From positions 1 through 64,000 of IMG/VR virus record IMGVR_UViG_3300035190_000190: a stretch of 64,000 bases of DNA; one strand, written 5' to 3'. Positions 28,123-36,356 of this stretch are shown here, in pieces (position 1 is the stretch's first letter; every line of letters begins with the position of its first letter). The DNA is from a virus. The translations under genes were made by a program, and so were the position numbers. The notes below the pieces were generated by a model. The model made no database searches, was not told the origin of the DNA, and was given only the letters and a program-made list of their open reading frames with translations.

Positions 28123-29138
28123 GATATTTAATCGTAGACGCAGCAAACACATTCTTTAGAGCCCGACACAGTGCCCATCGTCAAAGCGACACATGGGATA
28201 AGTTGGGCTTTGCCATTCACGTTACGTTAGCTAGTATTAACAAAGCATGGCGCGATCAAAAAGCGGATCATGTTATTGTCTGCTTAGAAGGACGTAGTTG
28301 GCGTAAAGACTTTTACACTCCATATAAAGCCAATCGCGCTGTGGCACGGGCGGCTAAGACTGAAGCAGAGCAAGAAGAAGAACAGATGTTCTGGGACGCT
28401 TTTGATGCTATGAAAACATTCCTAGCTGAAAAGACTAACTGCACAGTATTGCAACATGCAAACTTAGAAGCAGATGATTTAGTAGCAGGTTGGATTCAAA
28501 CTCATCCTACCGATCACCATACTATTGTATCAAGCGATACAGACTTTTATCAACTCTTAAGTGAGAATGTTAATCAGTACAATGGTATTAGTGATGAATT
28601 GCACACGCTTACTGGTATATACGATAAGAAAGGTAAACTAGTTATCGATAAGAAAACTAAAGAGCCCAAGAAGATTCCAGACCCCAAATTCATCTTATTT
28701 GAAAAGTGTATGCGTGGTGACCCTACAGATAATATCTTTAGTGCTTATCCTGGTGTGCGTACTAAAGGTACTAAGAATAAAGTTGGTCTAGAAGAAGCGT
28801 TTGCTGACAAAGATAAACAGGGATATGCTTGGAATAATCTTATGCTACAACGATGGACCGACCATAATGGTGATGAGCATCGTGTGCTAGATGATTATCA
28901 GCGTAATGTACAACTAGTAGACTTAGCCGCTCAACCAGATGAATACAAGGTTAAAATTGAAGAAACTATTAAGACTAATGCAACGGCACTTAATCGTCCA
29001 ATGGTGGGTGCGCAGTTCTTAAAGTTTTGTGGCAAATATGATCTAGTTAAACTAAGCGACAATGCTAGCAATATGGCAGAATGGATGACGGCTAGTTACC
29101 CTGCACAAGCAGTAACATTGTATCATTTAATTAATTAG
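28119..29138 (+). CDS. rnh: T4-type RNase H / 5'-3' flap exonuclease
   Basis: 'IVDAAN', 'SWRK..Y..YKANR', 'LEADD', 'SSDTDFYQL', 'GDPTDNI'. Confidence 0.9.
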   Translation: MRYLIVDAANTFFRARHSAHRQSDTWDKLGFAIHVTLASINKAWRDQKADHVIVCLEGRSWRKDFYTPYKANRAVARAAKTEAEQEEEQMFWDAFDAMKTFLAEKTNCTVLQHANLEADDLVAGWIQTHPTDHHTIVSSDTDFYQLLSENVNQYNGISDELHTLTGIYDKKGKLVIDKKTKEPKKIPDPKFILFEKCMRGDPTDNIFSAYPGVRTKGTKNKVGLEEAFADKDKQGYAWNNLMLQRWTDHNGDEHRVLDDYQRNVQLVDLAAQPDEYKVKIEETIKTNATALNRPMVGAQFLKFCGKYDLVKLSDNASNMAEWMTASYPAQAVTLYHLIN

Positions 29139-29149
29139 AAAGGCAAACC

Positions 29150-29680
29150 ATGCAGATTAATGTAAATTGGAATATTATTCCTACCCATACCATCGATGTA
29201 TCTACTATCGAAGTTCCGTACGATATTTCCTTAATTATGAAGGCATTTGGTATAGATAGATACTGCTATCAAATTATGTGCAAGGGAATTGTTATCAAAT
29301 ACGGTATGAGTGCTGACAATAGTAGAAACTATGGTGAGCGATTATATAGACAAATTGGCCATAGTAAGAGCTGGGGCAGCAAGCGACTAAACGGATCTAG
29401 TGGGGCAGACTGGCGTATTATCGAAGAAGACTTTTTAGATCTATATAAGTTTCCCATTGACAAAGATCATATCAAGATCAAAATTTGGGATTTAACTAAT
29501 TATCCCTTTGTTACTATTAATCCCTGGGACGAGGTTAATGCTATAGAAGCACAGTTAATTGATGCGTATGTTGCTGCCGTTGGTGAAAAACCAATTGGTA
29601 ATATTAACGATGAAGCAAATATAGTACGCAAGGCAGGCATTAGACTCGATACAATGAATCATTTATTTGAAATTTTTTAG
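29150..29680 (+). CDS. hypothetical protein, possibly GIY-YIG-like nuclease
   Basis: 'YCYQI...IKYGMS...ERL' and C-terminal 'E..LI..Y....P..N'. Confidence 0.45.
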   Translation: MQINVNWNIIPTHTIDVSTIEVPYDISLIMKAFGIDRYCYQIMCKGIVIKYGMSADNSRNYGERLYRQIGHSKSWGSKRLNGSSGADWRIIEEDFLDLYKFPIDKDHIKIKIWDLTNYPFVTINPWDEVNAIEAQLIDAYVAAVGEKPIGNINDEANIVRKAGIRLDTMNHLFEIF

Positions 29681-30275
29681 AAAGTATATTTTGATAGAAA
29701 AATCACAGAAGTTCCTAGCGTTAGACTTAGAATTAAACCAACCTAGTGGTAAAATCATTCAGGTTGGCGTTGCCATTGGTAGTGCAAATGATAAGTTTGA
29801 AAATTACATAACTAAGAAATGGTATATTGATCCAAACGAACCAATTGATCAATTTATCATTGACCTAACTGGTATTACTGATCACGACATTAGATTAAAC
29901 TGTGTAAGTCATGTTACAGTTGCACGTGAACTTAGTGACTTAATTAAACAGCACAACACTTGGATTAATCCGATCACTTGGGGTGGTGGAGATAGTAGAG
30001 AACTACTAGATGAGTTCTGCAAAAACTATGCTGATTTTCCACACTTTGGTCGCAGATGGATTGATTGTAAAACTTTCTATACGTTTATGATGTTTGCACG
30101 TGGTAAGAATCCTAGTGGTGGGCTTGCTAGTGCTATGGGCACGTTTAAACTACAGTTCAAAGGCACAGCGCACAGAGCAGACATTGACGCAGTTAATACA
30201 TTGGCTTTGTTCTTTAAGTTCCTCGAACGACAACGTGGTCTTGAAAACTTATTACATGATGCAAGAGCTATATAA
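29667..30275 (+). CDS. DEDDh 3'-5' exonuclease (DnaQ-like)
   Basis: 'ALDLE', 'LTGIT', 'WGGGD', 'HRADIDA'. Confidence 0.88.
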   Translation: MKFFRKYILIEKSQKFLALDLELNQPSGKIIQVGVAIGSANDKFENYITKKWYIDPNEPIDQFIIDLTGITDHDIRLNCVSHVTVARELSDLIKQHNTWINPITWGGGDSRELLDEFCKNYADFPHFGRRWIDCKTFYTFMMFARGKNPSGGLASAMGTFKLQFKGTAHRADIDAVNTLALFFKFLERQRGLENLLHDARAI

Positions 30276-31192
30276 TGAAACGATTGTTTACATTTGGCTG
30301 TAGCTTTACTCAGTATAGTTGGCCGACTTGGGCTGATATTATTGGGCGCGAGTATGATTACTTTGAAAATTGGGGCAAGGCTGGTAGCGGTAATCATCTA
30401 ATATTATACCTACTATCAGAGTGTATTTTAAAAAATAAATTAAATTCTAACGATTTAGTAATTATAATGTGGACTAACATAGCTAGAGAAGATCGCTATG
30501 TTAATAATAAATGGATATCTCCAGGAAATATTTTTTGTCAAAAAGAATATAGCAACGAATTAGTGGTAAAATACGCAGATGACAAAGGTTATCTCATTAC
30601 AAATTTAGCTGTAATTCATGCAGTTAAAAAAATGTTAGAAGAATACAAAATTCCTCATATATTTACGTCTATGGTAAATTTAAATAGTATAGGCCGACAC
30701 AATGAATTGACGATTGGCGGAGTTAGTCAAATTTGGAATGAGTATCTAGATATACTTAATTTTATTAGACCTAGTATGTTTGATATTATCTTTAATCAGC
30801 AATGGTCAGTTCGAACGTTGGCCGGCTATCCATTTTATGAATCAGCCTTGGAAAACAAATATAACGAACTAGCAGGAACTGATTGGCCATCTTTTGAAAA
30901 ATTTAAAACAAATAATTTTTCAGAGGTGCCCCAGTCTATTTTAACCGAATTAAACGAAGTTAAAAAATGGAATGAATTTATACAGTTTAAGAAAAAAATT
31001 AAATCTAAACGGATTGATTCTCACCCTATCCCGATGGAGCATCTTAAATATATAGAAACTGTTATTCCAGAAATTTCTATCAGTGATAGTACTAAAGAGT
31101 GGGTGGGTATTATTAATAGTAGGCTATTATCTAATAAAAAATTTAATGATCTATGGAAAGAACAACAACATGCTGCTCCGAATAGATGGTAA
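30275..31192 (+). CDS. SGNH-like protein (GCS variant)
   Basis: 'FGCSFT', 'GSGN', 'IMWT..RED', 'DSHP'; AT-rich. Confidence 0.6.
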   Translation: MKRLFTFGCSFTQYSWPTWADIIGREYDYFENWGKAGSGNHLILYLLSECILKNKLNSNDLVIIMWTNIAREDRYVNNKWISPGNIFCQKEYSNELVVKYADDKGYLITNLAVIHAVKKMLEEYKIPHIFTSMVNLNSIGRHNELTIGGVSQIWNEYLDILNFIRPSMFDIIFNQQWSVRTLAGYPFYESALENKYNELAGTDWPSFEKFKTNNFSEVPQSILTELNEVKKWNEFIQFKKKIKSKRIDSHPIPMEHLKYIETVIPEISISDSTKEWVGIINSRLLSNKKFNDLWKEQQHAAPNRW

Positions 31193-31205
31193 ATGTTAAT
31201 TAACA

Positions 31206-31712
31206 ATGAAAACTTTTGTATTTTCTTTGTTAATCTGTATTGGAGTGAGTGGTTGTGCTACTCCGGAAATAACCAAACTCAGCGAGCAAGACTATAAGGT
31301 TGTGGGTAAACTTCATAAAGAAGAATACGACGAAATAATTACCATAGTCAAGCAACACCCCAACCAACCGTTGAATTTTTATGTCACGTCAATTGGCGGT
31401 ACCAGTGAAGATTTGTTAGATGCTATGGATACAGTATATCAACACGGACTAGTTAATTGGTATGCTGTAGAATATTGTGACAGTGCCTGTGCTATTATGG
31501 CCTTAGCTACTCATCACGCCAATGGTGAGTTTAAACTACATTCGTTCTATTCGCATAAGCAACATCAAATACTTGCGGCACCGGAATACAATGAACGTAT
31601 ATTAAAAAAGTTAAACTCGTACGGATACGACACAGATCGTATGCATCATATGTTTGATAGTGTAGAACATTTATGGCCAATAGTTATTGTAGATGGCAAA
31701 ATAATTGATTGA
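31206..31712 (+). CDS. lipoprotein with a ClpP/crotonase-like domain
   Basis: Signal peptide with lipobox 'VSGC'; 'SIGG' and 'CDSACA...LH'. Confidence 0.5.
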   Translation: MKTFVFSLLICIGVSGCATPEITKLSEQDYKVVGKLHKEEYDEIITIVKQHPNQPLNFYVTSIGGTSEDLLDAMDTVYQHGLVNWYAVEYCDSACAIMALATHHANGEFKLHSFYSHKQHQILAAPEYNERILKKLNSYGYDTDRMHHMFDSVEHLWPIVIVDGKIID

Positions 31713-31737
31713 CTTTACAGCAAAACCTAAATATAAT
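31709..31737 (+). promoter_or_regulatory. sigma70 promoter with overlapping TAAATA
   Basis: TTGACT-N17-TATAAT; TAAATA at 31728-31733. Confidence 0.7.
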
Positions 31738-31760
31738 AGTAAAATAGACAAGGAAAACTT

Positions 31761-32312
31761 ATGGCACACGTAATTGATAAAACATTTGAATTCTGTTATG
31801 GACACAGAGTACACACACAAAAACTTAATGGTGAATATGCGGCAGATTTAAAGTGTGCCTGCCGTCATTTACACGGACATGAAGGTAAGATGCAGGTGTT
31901 CTTAAAGAGCCCAACAGGTCAGTTAGATCCAACTGGTATGGTTACTGACTTCCGCCATTTAGAATGGTTAAAGAAATGGATTAACGAGTATATCGATCAT
32001 CAGTTTATGCTTGATGTCAATGATCCATTGTTTGGTCAATTGATTGGCACACGTGCAATGATTCCAGTATACATTCCAGAAACAGACAAGTATGCAGGTA
32101 GTATACTTGATTTAAGTGACTTGGAACCAAACACACCAGAGTATGAATACTTCGAAGGTTTCTTTATTGTAGACTTTGTTCCCACTAGTGAAAACTTATC
32201 AAGTTGGATGGCAGAGTTAGTAGATGCTAAGATGAAGAAACTAAACGTAACAGTAGACCGCATTGACTGGTGGGAAACTCCTAAGTCACGCAGTACTTTT
32301 ATTAGAGGTTAA
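31761..32312 (+). CDS. queD: 6-carboxy-5,6,7,8-tetrahydropterin synthase
   Basis: 'FCYGHR', 'CRHLHGH', 'GMVTDF', 'DH', 'PTSENL', 'WETPKS'. Confidence 0.92.
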   Translation: MAHVIDKTFEFCYGHRVHTQKLNGEYAADLKCACRHLHGHEGKMQVFLKSPTGQLDPTGMVTDFRHLEWLKKWINEYIDHQFMLDVNDPLFGQLIGTRAMIPVYIPETDKYAGSILDLSDLEPNTPEYEYFEGFFIVDFVPTSENLSSWMAELVDAKMKKLNVTVDRIDWWETPKSRSTFIRG

Positions 32313-32313
32313 T

Positions 32314-32679
32314 ATGAATACAACAGTCTTTATCTTATTGGCATTATTTGGCATTAAGCATTTTATTGCTGACTTCTTAATGCAATATGAATACATGTTA
32401 CGTGAGAAGGGTACATATGGTGCGGATGGCGGCATACATCATGCGGCGTTACATGCTACATTTACTTTATGGATTTTAGTGTTTGTAGTAGGAGATGCAA
32501 ATCTCGCTATTATGTTATCACTAGCAGATGGTGCCATACACTACCACATCGACTGGGTTAAGCAAAAACTAAATCGAGGCTTGACCTCAGCAGATCGAAT
32601 GTTTTGGGTCTGGATGGGTGCTGATCAAGGCCTGCATTACTTAACATATATAGGAATTATCTATGTCGGAACAATATAA
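32314..32679 (+). CDS. DUF3307 family membrane protein
   Basis: 'KHFIADF.MQ', 'HYHIDW.K', 'DQGLH'. Confidence 0.8.
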   Translation: MNTTVFILLALFGIKHFIADFLMQYEYMLREKGTYGADGGIHHAALHATFTLWILVFVVGDANLAIMLSLADGAIHYHIDWVKQKLNRGLTSADRMFWVWMGADQGLHYLTYIGIIYVGTI

Positions 32680-33229
32680 ACGCTTTTGTCAATTTGAAAA
32701 AACCTGCGCAGGTGCAGATACCTGCGATGGCCCAACCTTTACGTTATTAGCAAGAACTATTGTAAAAAACAAATGTTGGGTTGTTGAAAGTGATGGCACG
32801 AAGGTTGCTACTATACTTGCCAATGATGGTAATAACGGAGTTACATTAGTACATGACGGGCAACGAGAAAGATTCAGCAGTTTGAAGTTATTAAGTGCTC
32901 GTTATAATATTATCATTGACAAGACCAAAGTAGCCAAAGTAGCCAAAGAATCACATGAGGTATATGGATATCCCTGTGAAAATAAGCCACAGAACGCCTT
33001 ATGGGACGTACAGCATAAACTACCAGTGTTTACTAAAGGTAGTAAAAGCAAAAGTTTCTTTTGTGCTGGTTACTATATTGTACAGTTTAATAATGGGTGG
33101 GTAAAAAGCTATTGTCCAAAATTAATTACTTTAAATAGGTATCCATATCAAGGTCCATTCAAAACACAAGAAGAAAGAAATATTCAATTAAAAATAGCCA
33201 ATGGAGGTCATGATGGAGAATCAACTTAG
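32663..33229 (+). CDS. conserved hypothetical phage protein
   Basis: 'LPVFTK..KSKSFFCAGYY...CPKLITL.RY.YQGPFKT'. Confidence 0.75.
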   Translation: MSEQYKRFCQFEKTCAGADTCDGPTFTLLARTIVKNKCWVVESDGTKVATILANDGNNGVTLVHDGQRERFSSLKLLSARYNIIIDKTKVAKVAKESHEVYGYPCENKPQNALWDVQHKLPVFTKGSKSKSFFCAGYYIVQFNNGWVKSYCPKLITLNRYPYQGPFKTQEERNIQLKIANGGHDGEST

Positions 33230-33434
33230 CCTGCATTTAAAGGCATTTAACAACCGAGTTAAGGTAATGAATCAAACTAACAGCAAAGATCTAACGCTAT
33301 CTGCCGCAGATGTTAGAAATTTGCACAACGATATATTCGAATTACTAGCACAGATTGCGGCATTAACTGCTATTAAAGAAGCAGAAGAAGCCGAAGCAGT
33401 AATTAATATAGAGATGGATGGCGGTGGTTTTTAG
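33210..33434 (+). CDS. hypothetical protein
   Basis: GGAGG SD; ends 'MDGGGF'. Confidence 0.7.
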   Translation: MMENQLSLHLKAFNNRVKVMNQTNSKDLTLSAADVRNLHNDIFELLAQIAALTAIKEAEEAEAVINIEMDGGGF

Positions 33435-33494
33435 TAATTATATATGTAGTTAATTGGCATAAATAACTATATAATAAGAACTAGGAAACATCGA

Positions 33495-33782
33495 GTGAGT
33501 AGACCAAAGCCAACAGTACTATTAGAACATGTTAATAAAACAAATTATAAAAGTGATCAGATTCTGGATTCAGAAGGCATCTGGGCGGTTTTCTTTGATA
33601 ACCAACCAATCAATCTAAAAACACAAAATATCTTAGTAGCCTATCCAGGCCCAAAGTATAAGAAAGTTTCATTTAGTAATCCCGGTCACGCAATCAATCT
33701 CGCTAAAAAACTTAATGCGCTGTTTAAGTCAGACAAGTTTTCAGTTGTGCTACTTAAAGCTGGCGATACCATCTATCCATAA
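33495..33782 (+). CDS. conserved hypothetical phage protein
   Basis: 'MSRPKP.VLLE...GPKYKKVSFSNPGHA.NLA'; ATAAATA upstream at 33459. Confidence 0.75.
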   Translation: MSRPKPTVLLEHVNKTNYKSDQILDSEGIWAVFFDNQPINLKTQNILVAYPGPKYKKVSFSNPGHAINLAKKLNALFKSDKFSVVLLKAGDTIYP

Positions 33783-33784
33783 TC

Positions 33785-34129
33785 ATGTTACAAGCAGAAT
33801 GGCAGGCTAAGTTTTACGCTTTAACTCCATACTCAGTAAGTCCTAGCAGTTGGTGGTATAATCCAACTAATCACAACAGTTTACGATTGACCCAAAGAGC
33901 CTATTTGGAAGTGCGTAAACACACTAAATTTTACAAGTTTGAACTTAGTCACGACATACGTCCTAAAACGTTTGTACAGCTAGAGCGTTGGTTTAAAGAG
34001 CCATATTACGTACAAAATCGCAAGACTATACACATTGTCAGCGACCGTGATGCAATGATGCTATCATTACATGCCAACAACCTACAACAATATTTAGATA
34101 ACCAATCAATTGACAATCAAGAACTTTGA
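33785..34129 (+). CDS. hypothetical phage protein
   Basis: ORF in operon context; 'SLRLT', 'PYYV'. Confidence 0.7.
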   Translation: MLQAEWQAKFYALTPYSVSPSSWWYNPTNHNSLRLTQRAYLEVRKHTKFYKFELSHDIRPKTFVQLERWFKEPYYVQNRKTIHIVSDRDAMMLSLHANNLQQYLDNQSIDNQEL

Positions 34130-34138
34130 TAGTATAAT
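34110..34138 (+). promoter_or_regulatory. consensus sigma70 promoter
   Basis: TTGACA-N17-TATAAT; spacer nearly identical to the 36290 promoter. Confidence 0.8.
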
Positions 34139-34163
34139 GATACATATTAATAAGGAGTAAGAC

Positions 34164-34457
34164 ATGAAGAAGCTATTACTAGCAACACTGTTATTATCAC
34201 TTAGCACTACTGCAGCCGCAGATGGCTATCACAATCGAAACTATCATGGCAACGGTAATGACGTGTTACTCCCGTTAATTGTTGGCGGCACACTTGGTTA
34301 TATCATAGCCCAACCTCGCACAGTGGTAGTACAACAACCACAATACACACTGCTACCGAGCTATGTGCCTGCTAACAACGAACCAATCTATCAATATCAG
34401 AACATATATGACGGTAATTGTGCTTGTTATCATCGAGTTTTAGTTCAAATTAACTAA
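34164..34457 (+). CDS. small secreted protein
   Basis: Signal peptide 'MKKLLLATLLLSLSTTAAA', a glycine-rich hydrophobic segment and a Pro/Tyr-rich tail. Confidence 0.75.
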   Translation: MKKLLLATLLLSLSTTAAADGYHNRNYHGNGNDVLLPLIVGGTLGYIIAQPRTVVVQQPQYTLLPSYVPANNEPIYQYQNIYDGNCACYHRVLVQIN

Positions 34458-34472
34458 GCAATAAATACATAT

Positions 34473-35054
34473 ATGAAAATTAATGAAGTGATAACGTATA
34501 CTCTATTAGACGGTGCTAAACAGGCATTTACAGAGCTCGGTATTCCTTATATCGAACCTTATCAAGCTACTGTTAAAGACCTGCACCAAGGCAGTGTAGG
34601 CAAGCATCGCGGGTTATACTTTATATTTGATTATGAACCTAATAATACTACCCCTTATTATATTGGTATTGCCACAGCCGGTAATACTATTCATAATAGA
34701 TTCCAACCACATTATGCTAAACTTACGGTTAATCTAGCGGCTATGTTTGGAGATGTTAATCGTCCAAGAAAAGAAACTCGTTGGCAGTTTCCTAAGAATT
34801 GGCGTAAAGGAATGAAACAGCATTTCTTAGACAATCCAGATGATATTCCAGATTACTGGGTAGGTAGACAAAAGCATGATGTTCTACAACCTGCGAACTT
34901 AGACTGGAAGCCTATCTTTAAGAAAGAGGTAGATAAGTTGCCTGTGTTGGCTTGGAATCTCACCAACCTGGACAGCAAACAAATAGATGCCTTAGAAACA
35001 GCATTTATTCGTGCATATCGTCCTATATTCAACGGATCTAAAACACGAATTTAA
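34473..35054 (+). CDS. GIY-YIG-like nuclease
   Basis: 'GLYFIF...YYIGIA...RF..H' and 'LETAFI....PIFN'; ATAAATA 5 nt before ATG. Confidence 0.6.
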   Translation: MKINEVITYTLLDGAKQAFTELGIPYIEPYQATVKDLHQGSVGKHRGLYFIFDYEPNNTTPYYIGIATAGNTIHNRFQPHYAKLTVNLAAMFGDVNRPRKETRWQFPKNWRKGMKQHFLDNPDDIPDYWVGRQKHDVLQPANLDWKPIFKKEVDKLPVLAWNLTNLDSKQIDALETAFIRAYRPIFNGSKTRI

Positions 35055-35055
35055 C

Positions 35056-35083
35056 TTGACTTCTACTACAAAGAGTGTATAAT
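35056..35083 (+). promoter_or_regulatory. sigma70 promoter
   Basis: TTGACT-N16-TATAAT; AGGAG SD at 35101. Confidence 0.7.
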
Positions 35084-35111
35084 AGCACTATTAGTTAAGT
35101 AGGAGTTAATC

Positions 35112-35642
35112 ATGACAGATCTTGTAGCCAGAGCAGATGCATTCGCTGCTGCCGCACATGGTGCAATCAAACACAAACGAAAATACACAGGTGACGACTA
35201 TATTGTTCATCCTCGTGAAGTTGCGGCAATAGTTGCAACTGTTCCTCACACCGACGAAATGCTTGCGGCGGCCTTATTACATGACACAGTAGAAGACACC
35301 GGTGTTACTATCGAAACTATCCGTGCAGAGTTTGGTCCAATTGTTGCAATGTATGTAGCAGACCTAACTGATGTTAGCCGTCCCAGTGATGGTAGTAGAG
35401 TAGTGCGCAAGGCTATTGATTTGGCGCACACTGCTACTGCTTGTGCTGATGCTAAAACAATTAAACTTGCCGACTTGCTGTCAAACACTGCCAGCATCGT
35501 TGCACACGACCCGGGCTTTGCACGTGTGTATCTTAAAGAAAAAGCCGCAATGCTCGAAGTAATGACTGATGGTGATGCGACACTGTTGGCTCGTGCTAAG
35601 GCTACACTAGCGGCTGGACTTGCTAAATTGGATGGCAAATAA
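35112..35642 (+). CDS. HD-domain (p)ppGpp hydrolase-like protein (Mesh1/SpoT-HD, small alarmone hydrolase)
   Basis: 'AH....RK.....YIVHP..VA', 'AALLHDTVEDT', 'IKLAD...N'. Confidence 0.85.
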   Translation: MTDLVARADAFAAAAHGAIKHKRKYTGDDYIVHPREVAAIVATVPHTDEMLAAALLHDTVEDTGVTIETIRAEFGPIVAMYVADLTDVSRPSDGSRVVRKAIDLAHTATACADAKTIKLADLLSNTASIVAHDPGFARVYLKEKAAMLEVMTDGDATLLARAKATLAAGLAKLDGK

Positions 35643-35645
35643 CGG

Positions 35646-35674
35646 TTGACTTTTGGTAAAATTGACTGTATAAT
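35646..35674 (+). promoter_or_regulatory. sigma70 promoter
   Basis: TTGACT-N17-TATAAT. Confidence 0.78.
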
Positions 35675-35707
35675 GCTATACATACACTAACAACACAGGA
35701 GTAATAA

Positions 35708-36118
35708 ATGGCTTATATTAGCGCACAAGATGTAAAAGCAATACGTGACGAACTTAAAGCAACATTTCCTAAATTCAAATTTGGTGTACGTAAAGGTTAT
35801 GCGGGCAGTTCAGTTGATGTAACTATTAAGCAAGGTCCAGTTGACTTTGCTGAAGTGTTTGATGATGGTCATTTGCCTACTAAACGTAAATATGTTCAAA
35901 TCAACGAATTCCATTTAGACTTCTACGGTAAGTACGAAGCGTTCTTTGAACAGGTATTAGAAATTATCAAGTGTGCTCCAGCTCGTGCTGGTGGTCGTGC
36001 TTGGTTTGATAAAAGCGATAGTATGACAGATTATTTCCACATTGCATACTATATTCATTTAAACGTAGGTGAATGGGATAGTCCTTATACCTGCACAAAA
36101 CAAAAGGAGTTTGCATAA
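35708..36118 (+). CDS. LPD29-like (large polyvalent protein-associated) domain protein
   Basis: 'IRDELKATFPKFKFGVR...FDKSDSMTDYF...YY'. Confidence 0.65.
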   Translation: MAYISAQDVKAIRDELKATFPKFKFGVRKGYAGSSVDVTIKQGPVDFAEVFDDGHLPTKRKYVQINEFHLDFYGKYEAFFEQVLEIIKCAPARAGGRAWFDKSDSMTDYFHIAYYIHLNVGEWDSPYTCTKQKEFA

Positions 36119-36282
36119 TGAGTAAAAATTTACAACGTATTTTAATTTCAATAATGTTAATCATCGGTTATGTAACATTAGGATTACTTGGTGAGAATGG
36201 TTTGATGTTACATGACCTATTAGGTAACTTTGCTGTCGGTTGGATAGTTTGGGAAATTGCCACTGGTATTGTTGGTGATTAA
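36118..36282 (+). CDS. small 54-aa membrane protein (not in the ORF track)
   Basis: TAATG overlap and AAGGAG SD; MSKNLQRILISIMLIIGYVTLGLLGENGLMLHDLLGNFAVGWIVWEIATGIVGD*. Confidence 0.65.
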   Translation: MSKNLQRILISIMLIIGYVTLGLLGENGLMLHDLLGNFAVGWIVWEIATGIVGD

Positions 36283-36289
36283 ACAGTAC

Positions 36290-36318
36290 TTGACAAAACA
36301 AGAATTTGATAGTATAAT
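36290..36318 (+). promoter_or_regulatory. consensus sigma70 promoter
   Basis: TTGACA-N17-TATAAT. Confidence 0.8.
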
Positions 36319-36356
36319 CTGTTTTGTTACATTTAATAATTAATTAGGAGCTACAC

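Noticed and set aside
35246-35683. 145-aa minus-strand ORF
   Set aside because: Antisense shadow of the HD hydrolase; no motifs and no SD.
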